A DNA stretch of 64,000 bases from an uncultured Candidatus Saccharibacteria bacterium. Lineage in GTDB: Bacteria; Patescibacteriota; Andersenbacteria; UBA10190. Below, piece by piece: positions 62,289-64,000 of the stretch (the stretch's first letter is position 1; the number at the start of each line of letters is the position of its first letter). The stretch is from assembly GCA_964610055.1 (NCBI GenBank), contig CAZSUC010000001.1, positions 287,994-351,993 of the forward strand, given 5' to 3'. The notes below the pieces were generated by a model, which made no database searches, was not told the DNA's origin, and saw only the letters and a list, made by a program, of their open reading frames with translations. The translations under genes and the position numbers were made by a program.

Positions 62289-62981
62289 ATGTTGCCTCTG
62301 TCCAGTTTATCTCTTGTCTTGCCAGCCTATAACGAAGAGGGGGCTATTCAATCAGTCCTCAGCCAAGCAGTCCTTTATTTACGTCAACATGTTCGCAAAT
62401 TTGAAATCATCGTTGTCAATGACGGTTCTTCTGATCGCACCGCTGCCTTAGTTTGTCAAGTTCAAACTAACTTTTCTGAAATCAAACTGATTGAGCACGC
62501 TCAAAATCGCGGCTATGGGGAAGCTTTACGCACCGGCTTTAACGCTGCTCGTTATGACTGGATATTGCTTATGGATTCTGATGGTCAATTCGATATTCAT
62601 AGTTTGTCAGAGTTCTCTCGTTATACTTCCTCTGCCGATTTAATTATTGGTCGTCGTTTACATCGCCAAGACCCTTTAATTCGTATTTGGATGACTAGGG
62701 GATATAACTTGCTGGTTATGTTGCTTTTTGGTTTGCCATACGACTTTGGCTGCGCTTTCAAGTTGTTTCGTCGCTCCTCTTGGCAGCGTATTCAACCCAT
62801 CCATGCTCGTGATCACAAAGTCTTTTCCGTGGAATGGTTACTCAAATCTCATCAGGCCGGTTTACAAATTCACGAACTCCCAGTTAAACATTTGCCCCGG
62901 ATAACTGGTCAACCAACTGGCATGCGTCTCGATGTTATCCGAGCCATGGTGGTTGAACTTATTCGTCTGCGCTTATCATGA
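62289..62981 (+). CDS. GT2 glycosyltransferase (DPM1-like polyprenol-phosphate sugar synthase)
   Basis: PAYNEE, VNDGSSD, N.GYG.A, MDSDGQF. Confidence 0.9.
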   Translation: MLPLSSLSLVLPAYNEEGAIQSVLSQAVLYLRQHVRKFEIIVVNDGSSDRTAALVCQVQTNFSEIKLIEHAQNRGYGEALRTGFNAARYDWILLMDSDGQFDIHSLSEFSRYTSSADLIIGRRLHRQDPLIRIWMTRGYNLLVMLLFGLPYDFGCAFKLFRRSSWQRIQPIHARDHKVFSVEWLLKSHQAGLQIHELPVKHLPRITGQPTGMRLDVIRAMVVELIRLRLS

Positions 62982-64000
62982 CTCCTGCTTGTTTCACTTC
63001 TCTCTCCTCGCTCAAATTACGTTGCCGTAATTTTTGTCGCACTGAAACCGCTCGGGCCTTTGGCGTTATTATCGGAATTAAATCACTAATCTTTCTCTTT
63101 GCGTTTATCGCGTATCCGCTTGTAAGCCGTAAAATTCCGCCTACAGATATTTGGGACTACTTAATTTTACTCTGGAATCGCTGGGATGCTCTAAACTATT
63201 TACAAATCGCCAGTAATTGGTATGTCACCAACGGTCCCGGAGAAAATCTGATTGCTTTTTATCCGTTTTTTCCTCTTCTGATTCGATCATTCAGTCGTAT
63301 TTTTTCTAATTTAACTGCTATTGCTTTTATTGTTGCCAATCTTGCTTCTGTGCTCGGCCTGTATGCTTTTTATGCTTTAGCCCGACTTGATTTTAATCGC
63401 CGTCAATCACTCACTATTTTATGTACGCTTCTTTTATTTCCGACCGCCTACTTCTTTAACGCTCCTTATACTGAAGGCCTTTTCCTTTTGTTTGCCGCCA
63501 GTTCTTTATATCTCGCCCGCAAACGTTTATGGTTGTCCGCTGTTATTTTAGCTGGCGTGGCTTCTTTAACACGCGTTTTAGGACTCGCTCTTTTTCCCGC
63601 TTTATTAATTGAACTTTGTCTGCAAATTCGTCATCGCCAAACCAAATGGTACAACGTTTTTCTTCTGTCAGTCATTCCGTTAATTTTCAGTTATTACCTT
63701 TACATCAATCACACAATTACCGGATCTATTTTTGGTTTTCGCGCGGCCATCCAATCCGGCTGGAGTAAATCCTTCGCTTGGCCCTGGCAAAGTTTGTGGT
63801 TAACCTGGCAGCAAGTTCATCCCTTTCCTTGGTCAGAATACGTTTTAACTAACGGTGTCTTTGAACTGCTGGCCGGTTTAGCATTGCTTATTGCGTGTTA
63901 TTTTTCTTTTCGTAAACTTCGTTTGACTTACACCGCTTTTATTGCTGCCGCAACTTTTATTATTTTATCAACCTCTCATTTAATGAGCACCCCGCGTTAT
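62978..64000 (+). CDS. GT-C mannosyltransferase (PIG-V/Mannosyl_trans2-like), 3' truncated; absent from the ORF track
   Basis: Manual translation from ATG 62978 gives WNRWDALNYLQIA...AFYPFFPLLIR...FPTAYFFNAPYTEGLF. Confidence 0.85.
   Translation, partial: MTPACFTSLSSLKLRCRNFCRTETARAFGVIIGIKSLIFLFAFIAYPLVSRKIPPTDIWDYLILLWNRWDALNYLQIASNWYVTNGPGENLIAFYPFFPLLIRSFSRIFSNLTAIAFIVANLASVLGLYAFYALARLDFNRRQSLTILCTLLLFPTAYFFNAPYTEGLFLLFAASSLYLARKRLWLSAVILAGVASLTRVLGLALFPALLIELCLQIRHRQTKWYNVFLLSVIPLIFSYYLYINHTITGSIFGFRAAIQSGWSKSFAWPWQSLWLTWQQVHPFPWSEYVLTNGVFELLAGLALLIACYFSFRKLRLTYTAFIAAATFIILSTSHLMSTPRY

Overview
Core-chromosome segment of a Patescibacteria/CPR (Parcubacteria-like) bacterium. This assignment is inferred from gene content; TGA is used as a stop, so translation table 11 applies. 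The window holds a full type IV pilus/competence cluster (pilMNO, pilB, pilT, pilC, six pilins, pilD, comF), translation and replication genes (ligA, gatCAB, pheST, gyrB, secE-nusG-rplK-rplA, thrS, miaA, dnaE, rodA, clpC), five tRNAs and a compact dTTP/folate cluster (two tmk paralogues, NDT-like, dut, dcd, glyA, folA, thyX, folC). The strongest unexplained signal is a ~385-nt, multi-helix, probably pseudoknotted non-coding RNA between gyrB and secE, with its own promoter and terminator, that matches no RNA class I recognise. Also notable: (1) dispersed orphan cassettes with Shine-Dalgarno sites and terminators that resemble DGR-target-like proteins, one with a TIGR02996 domain; (2) pervasive leaderless TAnnnT-N6-ATG gene starts; (3) a ~50-aa surface module shared by two secreted proteins; (4) a thymidylate kinase paralogue lacking the P-loop lysine. 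I saw no CRISPR array, integrase, transposase or reverse transcriptase. All calls were made by eye, without database searches.
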